This document shows, one piece after another, positions 15,002 through 35,051 of a DNA stretch of 64,000 nt; positions within the stretch are counted from its first letter, which is position 1, and every line of letters starts with the position of its first letter. Origin of the DNA: the human T2T-CHM13v2.0 reference genome, Homo sapiens; NCBI RefSeq assembly GCF_009914755.1, contig NC_060928.1; one strand, written 5' to 3'. Position numbers and translations under genes: made by a program. The notes under the pieces are model-generated. The model ran no database searches, was not told the DNA's origin, and saw nothing but the letters and a program-made list of their open reading frames with translations.

Positions 15002-15160
15002 TTTTTTTCTTAAGAGACAAGGTCTGACTCTGTCACCCAGGCTGGAGTACAATGCCATGATCATAGCTCACTGCAGATTTGAACTCCTGGACTCAGGCAA
15101 TCCTCTTGCCTCAGCCTCCTGAGTAGCTGGGATTACAGTTGCAAGCCACTGCACCTGGCT
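15002..15160 (-). mobile_element. FRAM (free right Alu monomer)
   Basis: Single AluJ-type right monomer with its own TSD aatctactt (14993-15001, 15161-15169). Confidence 0.85.
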
Positions 15161-16087
15161 AATCTACTTATTTAATTTCTTTTCTACTGACATGGGCCCT
15201 ACTAAACAACTCCAAAAAGAGATGTTAAGTAAAAGGAAATGATTTTCTTTTCTATTTCAAATCAGTAGCATCTGAGGGGGTAAATTCCACTCTGCTGATT
15301 TCTTAAACTCCTGCTTTAATTTCATGCAAATGCAATATCAACTTTTAATAAATTAGAAGATTATTTTGTTTCATTTTTTCAAAAAGTGAGTTTTATATTA
15401 TTATTTGTACAAAGTCAAAAGGCACAAGTTTCTCTTCTATTTCTGATTTTCCCAGCCTGACTTTTTGCCTTAGTTTCCCAGACACAATCTAAACTTTGTG
15501 TTTGGCTTATTGTTTTCTATATTATGCTTCATCAGTGTTTCCCAAATTACAGTCCATCAAAAAATAGATTTCCTGAATGTCCCATCTTTTATTTTCTCTT
15601 ACTCTTAGCCACTTACAGTCATATTCCAGTTTTCAATTTCAATTTCTGAAGCAGACCATGTCTTTGTTATTTATGGGAGCCTGATTTAATGAAGCAGTCT
15701 CTTGAATATAGATGTCATCTCCAAAATATTAAATAATTGTGACCTTCCATTGGTAGCAATCTGAGCTACATGCAGAGGCATTCATACAATGTAAAGGCTA
15801 TCTCATTCATCAGTAAATTCCCAAGTGGCTATCTCCTTCTGTGTTCATTCATCTATATCATCCCTTGTGTAGTCTATTTTTTCAGGTTTTCAATAAAACT
15901 GCTTTAAAAAATTAGGATAATGATCTCCAGAGGCAGGGGGAGCACCGACTCCTCCATAAAAACATTATAACAAAATGGTATATAATTAATCTTCAAGTGT
16001 ATGGTTATTTTTCTTTCTTAATTGAACTTGCTATGCAGTGTTTTCTTGTATGTGTGTAGATAAACGCATGTATTTGTTTTGCTATTT

Positions 16088-16210
16088 CTAACTGAATGTG
16101 GCTTTCTTAAGGATAAGAACTATGACTTTTCCTTTCCTATGGTCTTAGTGCCCATTAGCACCATGATCATAATAGATGCTCAATACACATTTGGTAAACA
16201 AATGAATAAA
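16088..16210 (+). mobile_element. L2 3' end
   Basis: atagatgctcaatacacatttggtaaacaaatgaataaa terminal motif. Confidence 0.65.
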
Positions 16211-16896
16211 TCCTCATTCTACATTGCTCAATATTCAATTCTCTGGGTAGATGTCTCTCATTTTAATTCTCTTCAGTTGTAATGACCATGGAAAGTAACC
16301 TGTAAAACCACCCAGCACAGTGCCTGCATGGGGGCTACTTTGTTCATTAAATATGTTTCTCATTCTTGAGGCACCACAGTACTCTCACAGAGGTAAGTGC
16401 CAACAGTTACTTTAAAATTACTAAACCTCAAGCAAAAGTAACAGAAAACATTCCTTCCCACATGCACAATCTAATTGCATAATCAGCAGCTCTCCAATAA
16501 TGCAGAAACTCCTTCTTTTATTACCTTTTGTTCTCCTTCCTTTCCCCCCTCCCCACACAACCACGCACAGAAATCAGACTTTTTTGAGTAATATTTATAT
16601 TATATAACTCTCACTCAACAATTTGGCTCCATTAGGTTGTCCTCAGAAAATAAATGAAGAAAATCCAAGTCAGTTTTATCTGATCCATTGTTATGTAAGT
16701 CCATGTTTCTAAGTCCATCCTGAAAGAATGACTCTCTATGGTCCTGTTCAGACAAACTTTGCTGGGACTACCTCATGGTCTCTATCTTTTACGGCATCTT
16801 CATTCCATTTTATTTATCATATTGCACCACAGTGATCTTCTTAAAATAAACTTTTCCTTCTATTTGAGAACCAAAGTAGCTCCCAGTGCCAAGAAC

Positions 16897-17020
16897 AGTG
16901 GTCATTAACCTCTTTTGGAGGAATCTCCCCACTCCTAGCCCAAATATACAAAGGCATAAATCCTCTAAACATTATGTACAACCTTAGATGTTCCTTAGAT
17001 CCCTGGGTTAAGACCTTGAA
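16897..17020. mobile_element. Short hAT-Charlie/MER5-like MITE within an L2 relic
   Basis: Imperfect TIRs cagtggtcattaacc ... ggttaagaccttg. Confidence 0.5.
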
Positions 17021-17301
17021 GCCCAGAGAGATGTTTCTACTCCTATGCCTAATATTTAAGGTCCTCCATAATCTTCTCAAGCTTTATTTATAAACAGTCT
17101 CATCTCCCCAAATTCCCCAAACTAAATTCCAGATAAATTTAATCACCCAGAAAGTTTTTCCCATCTACATTTCTATGATTTAGAAAACTGGACTGGAGTT
17201 CAGGAGTTCTGGCTTCCACCTAACCAAGGAACTTTATAAAGTTACTTGTACTCTCTGAAGCTCATTTTATGCATGTACAAATTGATGAAGCTGATTTAAA
17301 C

Positions 17302-17633
17302 CAGTATTCTCCAAAGTATGATATGTGAACAACTGAGTTTAGATGGTACATAATCTGTTATTTTTTATTTTAAAGATTGTGTTTAATTTAATGTGATTTG
17401 TGAAAAATATATATTTATAAATTCTAGATTTTAATGTATAATATGAAATCAATATATTATATGTGACACATCTAAGCTATAATTTACAGATATTTTTGTG
17501 TAGATAAGGATAAGTGTTAAAAATGAGTCAATCTAGAATTTATTTAAGTATATATTAAGTAAAAAATAAGCAATATAAAGATACAGCAAAATCTGGCAAG
17601 ATCATATGTAAATATGAAGATTGAGGAGAACTG
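17302..17633. mobile_element. hAT-Charlie-type non-autonomous DNA element inserted in a MIR (about 17185-17670)
   Basis: TIR-like ends cagtattctccaaagt ... gattgaggagaactg; MIR sequence continues on both sides. Confidence 0.5.
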
Positions 17634-18504
17634 GACCAATTGATCTCCAAAGCCTGTTCCAGTCCTAGGACACCATAGTTCCTCAACTTAGACTCTCTCT
17701 TCAAGGAGAACTTTCTTCCAAGAGCTCAACATAAGCAGCTCTCCCCAGAGACAATAAGGAAGGAGATCAAAGAGCTGCTGCTTCATTCTCAAAAAGGAAA
17801 AAAAGGTGAGTTTTTTAAAAAATTGTTTCCATTTTTAGATGAAGACAAATAGAAAAGATTTTATATAAGCTGCCCAAGATCCACCAGGAGCCTATTGCTG
17901 GGAGCAGATCCCAGACTAGCTCCTGTGGGATTGGCATTGACAGTTTTGTTGGGACCAACTGATGGCATAGTTATGACTCAAAACATAAAGCAGCACAAAT
18001 TTTTTTCTTAATGACTAACACATACACATTCAGATTCAGATAGAAACTGCAGCTGCTCCCTCCAACTACAAGTTTGATGAACAGATGGCAGGCTTCATCT
18101 GGGAATAGAAAGATTTAGGGCTAGAATTGCATAAAGTTAGAAGACCAGAAGGAGAGGGTGTTGTAACTACAAATGCATTTAAGAATTGCCAGAAGAAAGG
18201 TCTGGGTCTTGTGTGCTGCACATCACTCATGGCTATGGTTGTTTTGTATTTTAAATATTGATGAGTCAGAGAAGAAATATCATTCAAGCTGTGTGTGTGT
18301 TTGTGTGAGATGACTATTGCATCCAAAGAGATGACTGCTTCTTCTAGATGAGTTTTCCCCCCTAATTTTAAGACATCCATCCTAGCATCCACTTCTTTAC
18401 ATAAAACTAGGCCCTAGGAATTGGGAGCTGATTCCTTCCCTGATTGCAGTCCAGAGAACTATCTTGTTATATGTTCTTATTCTTCCTAATGTAAAATCAA
18501 GCCC

Positions 18505-18650
18505 AAGGGGAAAAGAGGAAGTTGTTGTTTAGTGGGTACAGAGTCTCAATCTGCAAGATAAAATGTACTGGAGATCTGTTGTACAACAGTGTGAACACAC
18601 TTAGAACTGCTGAACTGTACATTTAAAATTGGTTAAGATTGTTAAAAAAA
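18505..18650 (+). mobile_element. L1MB-type 3' end fragment
   Basis: gttgttgtttagtgggtacagagtctc...ctgaactgtacatttaaaattggttaag plus A tail. Confidence 0.75.
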
Positions 18651-19816
18651 ATCAGACAAACTGGAAAGCATTCAATATTCAATCTGAAGAGCTTCCAATA
18701 ATCTAGGATTGAAAGAAAATCTGAAAAAGCAAAAGAAGAAAGGGAAATAAAGCATATGGCATATATTCAAAGATGCATCCAGCTAATGCCCTCTGGAGAG
18801 AAACCCATTAAGAGGAACATAAGGCACCTCAGACTGAGCAGTGAGAGATAGAAATTGTCAGGGGAAACAAAGGGTCTCCTTATAAGGGAAGTAAAGACAT
18901 CATGTTCCCGGAAAGTCACTTATTTCAGAGGATGGCTCTGACAGCAAAATTTAGACCAGGGAATAGTAGGCTTAACTGTGAGGTGATGATCAAGAAGGAG
19001 AGGTACACATGAAGTAATTTAACCATGGCTTGGATAATAGTATGTAGAGGGCTCATTGGGAAGGCCTTTCCGGACCTCACTATCCCCTTCTTCTTCACCC
19101 AATGCTTCATCATTTATGACTCATTTTTAAGAAAAAACTAAGACACAATTTTTAAACAGTAAATTGAGAGTTAGGAGGCTTACATTCTGGTCTTTGAAAT
19201 GTGATTAACCAGCAGTTCCCCCTTGAAAACTCTTTCCTTCTATCTCCTCATTTCTAAAGCAAGAGCTGGACACCCTGGTATCTAATATCTCTTCATGTGT
19301 CAGTAGTCACTGATTGATATTAGGAAAGTTTGTGGTGATATTTGGTTCTCTGCCTCTTCTGCCCCACCTGTGCAACATGCTACCTGTCACTTCACAGGGA
19401 AGAGATCTTAAAATTGTACCTGAGCATCATTCAGCCTATCAGGTGATCTCATCATCTGTGTTGCCTGGTTCTTAGGCATTGAGGAAAAATAAAGTTTATG
19501 AAGTAATATGTCTTAGACCTTACAGATAATGTGATAAAGAGGGAGCAATATAAAAATATATATGTTTGAAAGTGGAAGAGGATAAGAGCCACAATATTGT
19601 TCTGAAATAAAAGGAATTAGTCCTTCAACAGAAATGCCAGAATAAGAAGGTGGAGGAAGATGGCAGAATAGAAGACTCCAATGCTCATCTGCCACCCTGC
19701 AAGAATGCAAATTTAACAACATTCTACAACAACAACAACAAAAAAAAAAAAACACCTTCATAAGAAGCAAAATCTGGTGAGCCTTCATGGTACCTGGTTT
19801 TAACTTCATATTACTA

Positions 19817-26600
<6,784 letters not shown>

Positions 26601-28445
26601 AAAAAAACACACAGAAGAGATAGGAAAAGCAGTTTTGAATCACCAATGCCACCCCTACCCAATCCCCTGGCAGTGACAGTGTGGTGCAGAGACAATGTGA
26701 GCACTTGGAAAAGGGAGAGCACAGCAGTTTTGAAGCATTGCATTGCATTCAGTGCCTCTTCATTATAGCAGAAAGCAAAACCAGAACAAACTCAGCTGAC
26801 ACCCACCCATGGAGAGTGCATTTAAATCAGCCCTAGTCAAAGAGGAATCACATATCCCAGTGGTAGAAACTTGAGTTCCTGCAAGCCTCTCCTCATGGTC
26901 TAAAATGCTCTGGGGCCCTAAATAAATGTGAAAGACAGTCTAAGTCACAAGGATTGCAAATCCCACATGAGTCCTATTGATGAGCTGGGCTCAGAGCCAG
27001 TGGACTTAGTGGGGCATATAACCTACTGAGAGAGCAGCCAGGGTGGCTAAGGGAGTGCTGGCTCTACCCCTCACCCAAGCCCAGGCTGCACAGACAGCAA
27101 CTCCAAAAGACACCCCTTCCTTCCACTCATGGAGAGGAGAGGGAAGGGTGGGGAGGATTTTGTCTTGCTCCTTGGATACCAGCTCAGCTACAACAAGATA
27201 GGGCACCAGTCAGAGCCATGAGGCTCCCTTTCCAGGCCCTAGCTCCCAAATGAGATTTCTAGACACATTCTGGGCCAGAAGAGAACCCATTTCCTTGAAA
27301 GGAAGGACTCAGTCCTGGCAGGATTCATCCCCTGCTAACTGAAGAGCTCTTGGGCCCTGAATAATCAGCAGTGATACACAGGTAGTATACAACGGCCCTT
27401 GGATAAGACTCTTGACACTTGTTGGCTTCAGGTGAGACTCAGCACATTCCCAGCTTTGGTGGCTACAGGAAGAGACTCCTTCTACTTGAGAAAAGTAGAG
27501 GGAAAACTAAAGGAGACTTTATTTTAAACTTTAGGTACCAGCACCGTCACAGACATAGCATTAGAGCACCAAGTGGGCTCTTAGGGTCCCTGATTCTAAA
27601 CCTTGACTCTTGGATGGCATTTCTGAACCTGCCCTGGGACAGAGGAAAGCCCACTACCCTGAAGGGTGAGTCCCAGGCTAGGAAGCATTCACCACAAACT
27701 GACTGAAGAGCCCCTGGGCCGTAAGGGAACATCAGTGGTAATCTAGCAGTACTACTCATGGGCCTGTGGTGGCAGTGGCCATGAGATGAGGCTCCTCTGC
27801 CTTTGAAAAGGGGAGGAAAGGACTGCATCTTGTGGTTTAAGTGCCAGCTCAGCCACACTACATTAGAACACCAGGTGGACTTCTAAGGTCTTTGATTCTA
27901 GTCCCTGGCTCCTGGACAGCACCTCTTGACCCATCTGGGGCCTGGGGACACTTGCCACCCTGGAAAGAATGACACAGGCCTGGCTGGCTTTGCCATCTGC
28001 TGATTGTAGAGCCCCAGGGCCATGAGCGAACCTAGACTATAACCAGGGAGTGGTTACAGTATTGGATGTAACCACTCACAGGCCTTGGCTGAGACCCAGT
28101 ACTGTGCTGGCTTCAGCTCTGATCCAGCACAGTCGTAGTGGTGGTAGCCACAGGGGTACTTATATCACTCCACAGCTCCAGGCAGCTCAGTAGAGAGAGA
28201 GAGAAACTCCATTCGTTTGGGAGAAAGTAAGGGGAGAGAACAAGCGTTTCGGTCTGGTAATCCAGAGAATTCTTGTGGATCTTGTCCAAGACCACCAAAG
28301 TAGTATCTATGAGTCTGCAAGAACCATAGCACTACTGAGCTTGGGGTGCCCCCTAATGCCGATGAAGCTTAAATCACAACACTCAAGTGCTTTCAAATAC
28401 TTAGAAAGCCTTCCCAAGAAGGACAAGTACAAACAAGTCCAGATT

Positions 28446-28741
28446 GGCCAGGGTGTGGTGGCTCACGCCTGTAATCCCAGCACTTTGGGAGGTCCAGGCG
28501 GGCAGATCACAAGGTCAGGAGATCGAGACCATCTTGGCTAACACACTGAAACCCTGTCTCTACTAAAAATACAAAAAATTAGCCTGGCGTGGTGGAGGGT
28601 ACCTGTAGTCTCAGCTACTACTTGCGAGGCTGAGGCAGCAGAATGGCGTGAACCTGGGAGGCGGAGCTTGCAGTGAGCCAGGATCACGCCACTGCACTCC
28701 AGCCTGGGTGACAGAGCAAGACTCCGTCTCAAAAAAAGAAA
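28446..28741 (+). mobile_element. AluY, full length
   Basis: Dimeric Alu; TSD aaacaagtccagatt at 28431-28445 and 28742-28756. Confidence 0.96.
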
Positions 28742-30443
28742 AAACAAGTCCAGATTGCACTGACTGCAATGAATACATAACTCTTCAATGCCAAGACACA
28801 GATGCACATCCACAAGTATCAAGACCATCCAGGAAAACATGACCTCACCAAATGAACTAAATAAGGCACCAGGGACAAATCCTGGAGAAACAGAGATAAG
28901 TGACCTTTGAGACAGAGAATTCAAAATAGCGATGCCGAGGAAACTCAAAGAAATTCAAAATAACACAGAGAAGGAATTCAGAATTCATATTGGAAAAATT
29001 TAACGAAGAGATTGAAATAATTTAAAGGAATAAAGCAGAAATTCTGGAGCTGAAAAATGCATTGACACACTGAAGAATACATCAGAGTCCTTTAATGGCA
29101 GAATGGATGAAGCAGAGGAAAGAATTAGTGAGCTCAAAGACAGGCTATTGAAAAATACACAGTCAGAGAAGACAAAACCTTTCCAACAGGAAATGCTACA
29201 GGGAGTACTTCAATCAGAAAAAAAAAAAAGGATATTCATGAGCTATAACAAATCATCTGAAAGTACAAAACTCACGTTGTAATAGTAAGTACACAGAAAA
29301 ACACAGAATATTATAATACTGTAACTGGTGTGTAAAATACTTTTATCTCTAATAAAAAGGCTACATGATGAACTTCAATAAAAAATAACAACTATGGTAT
29401 GGAAAGTACCATGAAATACAAATAGAAATAACAATAAGTTAAAAAGTGAGGGGACAAAGTTAAAATGTACAGTTTTTATTAGTTTTGTTTTTGCTTGTTT
29501 GTTTATGGAAAGAGTGCTAATTTGTTATCAGCTTAAAATAATGAGTTATAAGACAGTATTTGCAAGCCTCAGGGCAACCTCAAGTCAAAAAACATGTAAG
29601 AGATTCAAACAATCAAAAGCCAAAAACTAAATCATACCACCAGAGAAAATAACCTTCACTAAAAGGAAGAAAGGAAGGAAGGAAAAAAGAGAAGACCACA
29701 AAATGATCAGAAAAAAAATAACAAAATGTCAGGATTTAAATGGACTAAACTCTCCAATCCAAAGACATAAAGTGGCAGAATGGGTTTTAAAAAAAATAAA
29801 ATAAAAAAACCAATGACCTGTTCCCTATGAGAAACACTCTTCATCTAAAAAGACACACATAGACTGAAACTAAAGGAATAGTAAAAGATATTCCATGCCA
29901 ATGGAAACAAACAAACAAAAAAGGAGTTACTATACTTATATGAGAAAAAACAGATTTCAAGACAAAAATCTATAAGAAGAAACAAAGAAGGTCACTATAT
30001 AATGATAAAGGGGTTAATTTAGTAAGAGGATATAACAATTTGAAATATATATGGACCCAATCCTGGAGCACCCATGTATATAAAGCAAATATTATTAGAG
30101 CTAAAGAGAGAGATAGACTCCAATGCAATAACAGATGGAGACTTCAACACCCCACTTTCAGCATTTGATATATCTTCCAGAAAGAAAATCAACAAAGAAA
30201 CATTGGACTTATTCTGCAATATGAACTTAATAGTTATTTACAGGCCATTCCATCCAACAGCTGCAGAATACATCTTTTGTTCCTCAGCAGTCCCGCTACT
30301 GAGTATTTATCCAAAGGAAAGAAAGTATATTGAAGACATATCTACAACCCCATGTTTATTGCAGCGCTATTCGCAATAGCCAAGATATGGAATCAACCTA
30401 AATGTCCATCAACAGATGAATAAATAAAGAAAATGTGACATGT

Positions 30444-30808
<365 letters not shown>

Positions 30809-31657
30809 TCATGGAAACATCGGTGAGCCTGGACGACATTATGTTAAGTGAAATAAGTCAGGCACAAAAAGATAAATACCACACGTTCTCAATTATATGT
30901 AGGAGCTAAAAATAAATTGAGCTCATAGAAGTAGAGAGTAGGATTGTGGTTATTAGAGGCCAGAAATGATTGGGAGAGGAGAAGACAGGGAGAGGTTGGT
31001 TAAAGGATATAAAATTACAGTTAGATAGGAAGAATTAGTTCTAGTGTATTGTAGGATAAATGTGATTAACATTTATTGTATTTTCAACATGCTAGAAAAG
31101 AGGATTTTGAATGTTCATACCACAAAGAAATAATACATGTTTGAGGTGATAGATATGTTAATTGCCCTGATTTGATCATTACACATGGTACACATGTATT
31201 GAGATATTTCTCCATACCACATAAATATATATAAGTATTATGTCAACTAAAAATAAAAGAAAAAAATTATAGCTAGATAGGAGAAATAAGTCCCAGTGTT
31301 CTATAGCACTGTAGGGTAAATACAGTTAACAATAATTTACTGTATATTTTCAATTATCTAGAAGAGATGATTTTGAATATTCTCAAAACAAAGAAACGAT
31401 AAATGTTTGAGGTGGTGGATATGCTAATTACCCTGATTTGATCATTAGACATTGTACATATCGAACTATCTCCCTGTGCCCCATAAATGTGTACATTAAA
31501 AAAAAATTTTAATTTAGAAAAGGAAAATTGAGAGAATAATGCCAAATATATAACTGATATTCTGAATTACTGCATTATGTTGAAAATTAAAATACCCAGG
31601 GCATAATGCTACCTGGTCACTTCCTCTAGTTCCTAGTCTTATTCAAGGGAGCCACAT

Positions 31658-32028
31658 TGCATTAGTCCATTCTCACATTGCTGTAAAGAACTATCTGAGA
31701 CTGGGTAATTTGTAAAAGAAAAGAAAACTGTAATTGACTCAAAGTTCTGTAGGCTATACAGGAAGCATGGCTGGGAAGCCTCAGGAAACTTATAATCATG
31801 GCAGAAGATGAAAAGGAAGGAGGCATGTCTTACATGACCAGGGAAGAATGAAAAGAGAGTGAAGGGGGAGGTGCCACACACTTCTAAACAACTAGATCTT
31901 GTGAGAACTCACTCACTATCATGAGAACAGCAAGGGGGAAGTCTGCACATGATCCAATCCCCTCCTCAAACACTGGGGATACAATTCGACATGAGATTTG
32001 GGTGGGGACACAAATCCAAACCTTATCA
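31658..32028 (-). mobile_element. MSTA-like (MaLR) solo LTR
   Basis: tgcattagtccattctcac...acacaaatccaaaccttatca; TSD cacat/tacat. Confidence 0.88.
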
Positions 32029-32500
32029 TACATCTTCCAAGATTCAATGCAGTGTCTCGCTTACCTCATGCATCTTGCATTTTTCTTTTCTAGGAGTTTC
32101 AGATTCTGAATAGATCCAGAAAGAACAAGGTGATTCTGGAGAGGCATCGTATACCAGCTCTTTCAAAAGCAAAATTCATAGAATAAAGAAATGAATAGTC
32201 AGTTATCTTTTTGAACAAACTCTAGAGCTTTTGTTCAGAGAGTAGACAGTGGGAGAGAGATAAAATATTTAACCCTCTTCTTTCAGGTAAGTGAGATAAG
32301 ACTGTTTCAAAGATAAAGTATGAACAGGCCATCTATGCTTTTCTAAATATAGTTCCATTGATATCTATCTATCTATCTATCTCTCATTTACATATATTGG
32401 ATCAAATTTCAACTGGGCATGGTTTTTACATTGCCACCAGAATCTAGTCAATGAGCACGCAAGTCTAGAGTGGAAAGATGGATTGATAGATAGATGGATA

Positions 32501-33223
32501 GAAGGAGAGAAACAGGGGAGGAAGGAAGGAAAGAAGGAAGGAATGAAAGAAGGAAGGAAGGAGAGGGGAGAGGGAGGGAGGGAGAGAGGGAAGGAGAGAG
32601 GGAAGGAAACAGGGGAGAGAGGGAGGGAAGGAAGGATGGGAGAGAGAGAAAGGAAGAGAAAGAAAAAGAAGAAAGTAAGAGAGAAAGAAAGAAGAAAGAA
32701 AGAGAGAAAGAAAGAAAGGAAGGAAGGGAAAGAGAGAAAGAGAGAGGGAGGGAGGAAGGAAGGAAGGAGACAGAAAAAGAGAAAGAAAGAAATAGAGAAA
32801 GAAAGAATAAGAAGAAGGAGGGAGAGGAGGAGGGAGGGAAGGAAGGAAGGAAGGAGAAGAGAGGAAAGAAAGAGACAAAGAGAAAGAAAGAAAGGAAAGA
32901 AAGAGAGAGAGAAAGAAAGAATAAGAAGAAGGAGGGAGAGGAAGAAGGAAGGAAGGAAGAGAAAGGAAAGGGAGAGACAAAGAAAGAGAAGGAGGAAGAG
33001 GAGGAGGAAGGAGGAAGGAATGAAGGGGAAGAGAGGAAAGAAAGAGAAAAAAGAAAGAAGGAGAGAGAGAAGGAGGAGGAGGAAGAAGAAAAGGAAGGAA
33101 GGAAGGAAAGAAAGAAGGGAAGGGAAGATGGGGGAAGGGAAGAAGGGAGGGGAATGGAAGAAGGGATGGGAGGGAAAGAGGAGGGGAGGGGAAGATGAGG
33201 GTAGGGGAGAGGAGGGAAGGGAA
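32501..33223 (+). repeat. About 720 bp GA-rich polypurine low-complexity tract
   Basis: GGAA/GAAA/GAGG mosaic almost free of pyrimidines; internal 35-bp direct repeat at 32794 and 32908. Confidence 0.97.
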
Positions 33224-33229
33224 CATAAC

Positions 33230-33487
33230 ACCCTTGGGGGAAACCCTCAATCAATAGGGACTGGATCAAAAGACTAAATATCCCAGTATCTCTGTCCTGG
33301 TGTGCTAGACATGGTTCCTCATAGGGTCCCCAGCAAGACTGAGATCTAGAGGCCCTCAACTTATTTATTAATACACTTCTTATTGACTTTTCCTTATTCT
33401 CTCACTTGTGCTTACTGCTTCTCAAATAAATTACTTGCACCCAAGTCCTTGTCTCAGTGTTGCTTTGGGGTGAATTCAAACAAGACA
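33230..33487 (+). mobile_element. LTR16-like (ERVL) LTR fragment
   Basis: aaataaattacttgcacccaagtccttgtctcagtgttgctttgggg...caagaca 3' end. Confidence 0.65.
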
Positions 33488-33835
33488 CAGATGAAATAAA
33501 AATATTGTATAATCTTTGCTGTTCTTTGGGACTTAAAAAAATTTCAGCCTAGTACAATAGCAAGATGTTATCAGTCTTCAGATGGCATTGACATCTCATA
33601 CAACAAACACTCATTATTTTTTATTGCCCCTTCATCCTTTGTTGGCCTCTGCTCTTTGAACGTGTGTTAATTAGAATATTTCCCTTACTCATGAACTTCT
33701 CTTGTTCTCTCATTTCTCCCTCAGCCCATCTGTAGAAAGGCGTCTCTTCCCTGAATGTCTTTTGATGCTCTCAGCAGATGGAGCCAGCCAATGAGAGACT
33801 CGATTGATCTGTCTGGAGGTCTGTGCTGTTTGCTT

Positions 33836-33837
<2 letters not shown>

Positions 33838-33875
<38 letters not shown>
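33838..33875 (+). repeat. (CT)n microsatellite
   Basis: About 17 uninterrupted CT units. Confidence 0.95.
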
Positions 33876-33879
<4 letters not shown>

Positions 33880-34045
33880 TCGATATTACCTCAGTACGAC
33901 CCATCCACAAGGACTTAATTATGAGCCACTGAATCACCATAAAATTTAACTGATAGTTTCCTCTAATCCCCAAATCTCCATTAGGACCTTTAGAACAGCT
34001 ACATGTAAGTGAGAAACACCCTAGGCAATGTTGCACATGGCTGAA

Positions 34046-34053
34046 TGACGTCA
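34046..34053. promoter_or_regulatory. Full palindromic CRE motif (TGACGTCA); function unproven
   Basis: Exact motif with its CpG retained in unique DNA; CCAAT box at 33788-33792 nearby. Confidence 0.25.
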
Positions 34054-35051
34054 ATAGGAGCAGCACAAGCCTCTTGAGTGATTTTCATATTTGAATACTT
34101 TTAGGAGAAATCTACAGTTTTCAATAGATCTACTTTTCTGTTTCAGAGTCAGATAGATTCCTTATTCCATAAAGAATAGGAATAAGGCTACTGTTTATTT
34201 TTTTAAAAGGTGGGAGATATATTAGGAAAAGGCAAAGGAGGTCGTGGAGGGCTCAGACACATCCGAAGAAAGCTGCTCCAATCTGTCGACACTGCCCAGA
34301 GCCCAAGTCTTGCTATTGCTGCTATGTGGTCTATAATGAAGCAGATGGCACATAAGAAGACTTTTCCTATGGTTCATTTGCTTGCAACAAGAGCCCTAAA
34401 GCTCTGGCCTTGGATTGGTGTTCCCCTGACTAAGCCACCTAATTCATTTGCCTTTGAGATTCAGGTTCAAATGAGGGTCACTCCAAAGTCAAAGAAATGC
34501 TTCCCAGGATATCTATGAGGTGATTGGCCTCAGGGGTATTCGGCCTCAAAGGGACCCTGCCCATTGCCAAAGAAAACTTTACTCAGTTTTATCCAAAGTT
34601 GATGGGTCTCAATGAACATGAAGGTGGGACTTTAGTTGGCTTCTTCCAGAGATTAATTATGCTGAGTGACTAGGACAGTTTGTGGGTCAACTGTGCTGGG
34701 GTGAAATGGACTTGGTTTCCAATATTGTTGTGGCCATGCTATAACTAAATGACCCAGACACATTTCTTAGCCTGGCCAGCATTTCCTCTTTGTCTTTTGT
34801 TTCAAGGTTTGCTTCCAAAGGATACAACAGCCTCAGACCCAGGTGTTCTTCCTCATAGAGCCTTAGACACAGCGATATAGCAGCATCATTAAAATGGCAT
34901 GGCTGTAGAGTAACATTCCCCAAATTTTCCTGGAATAAGTGGTTAGATGTCCCAAATTGGGTCAGTAGGCTTGGAATCCAGGAACTGATGATAATTAAGA
35001 GTTACTGAGCATTTGTTATGCACCAGATACTGTTATAAGTGCTTTATCTTC

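Noticed and set aside
32377-33359. Five long ORFs (234-303 aa) on both strands
   Set aside because: Artefacts of the stop-poor polypurine tract; low-complexity E/R/K/G or L/F/S/P translations
34210-34518. 102-aa ORF as a standalone gene
   Set aside because: GTG start, no recognisable domain; considered only as part of the candidate exon
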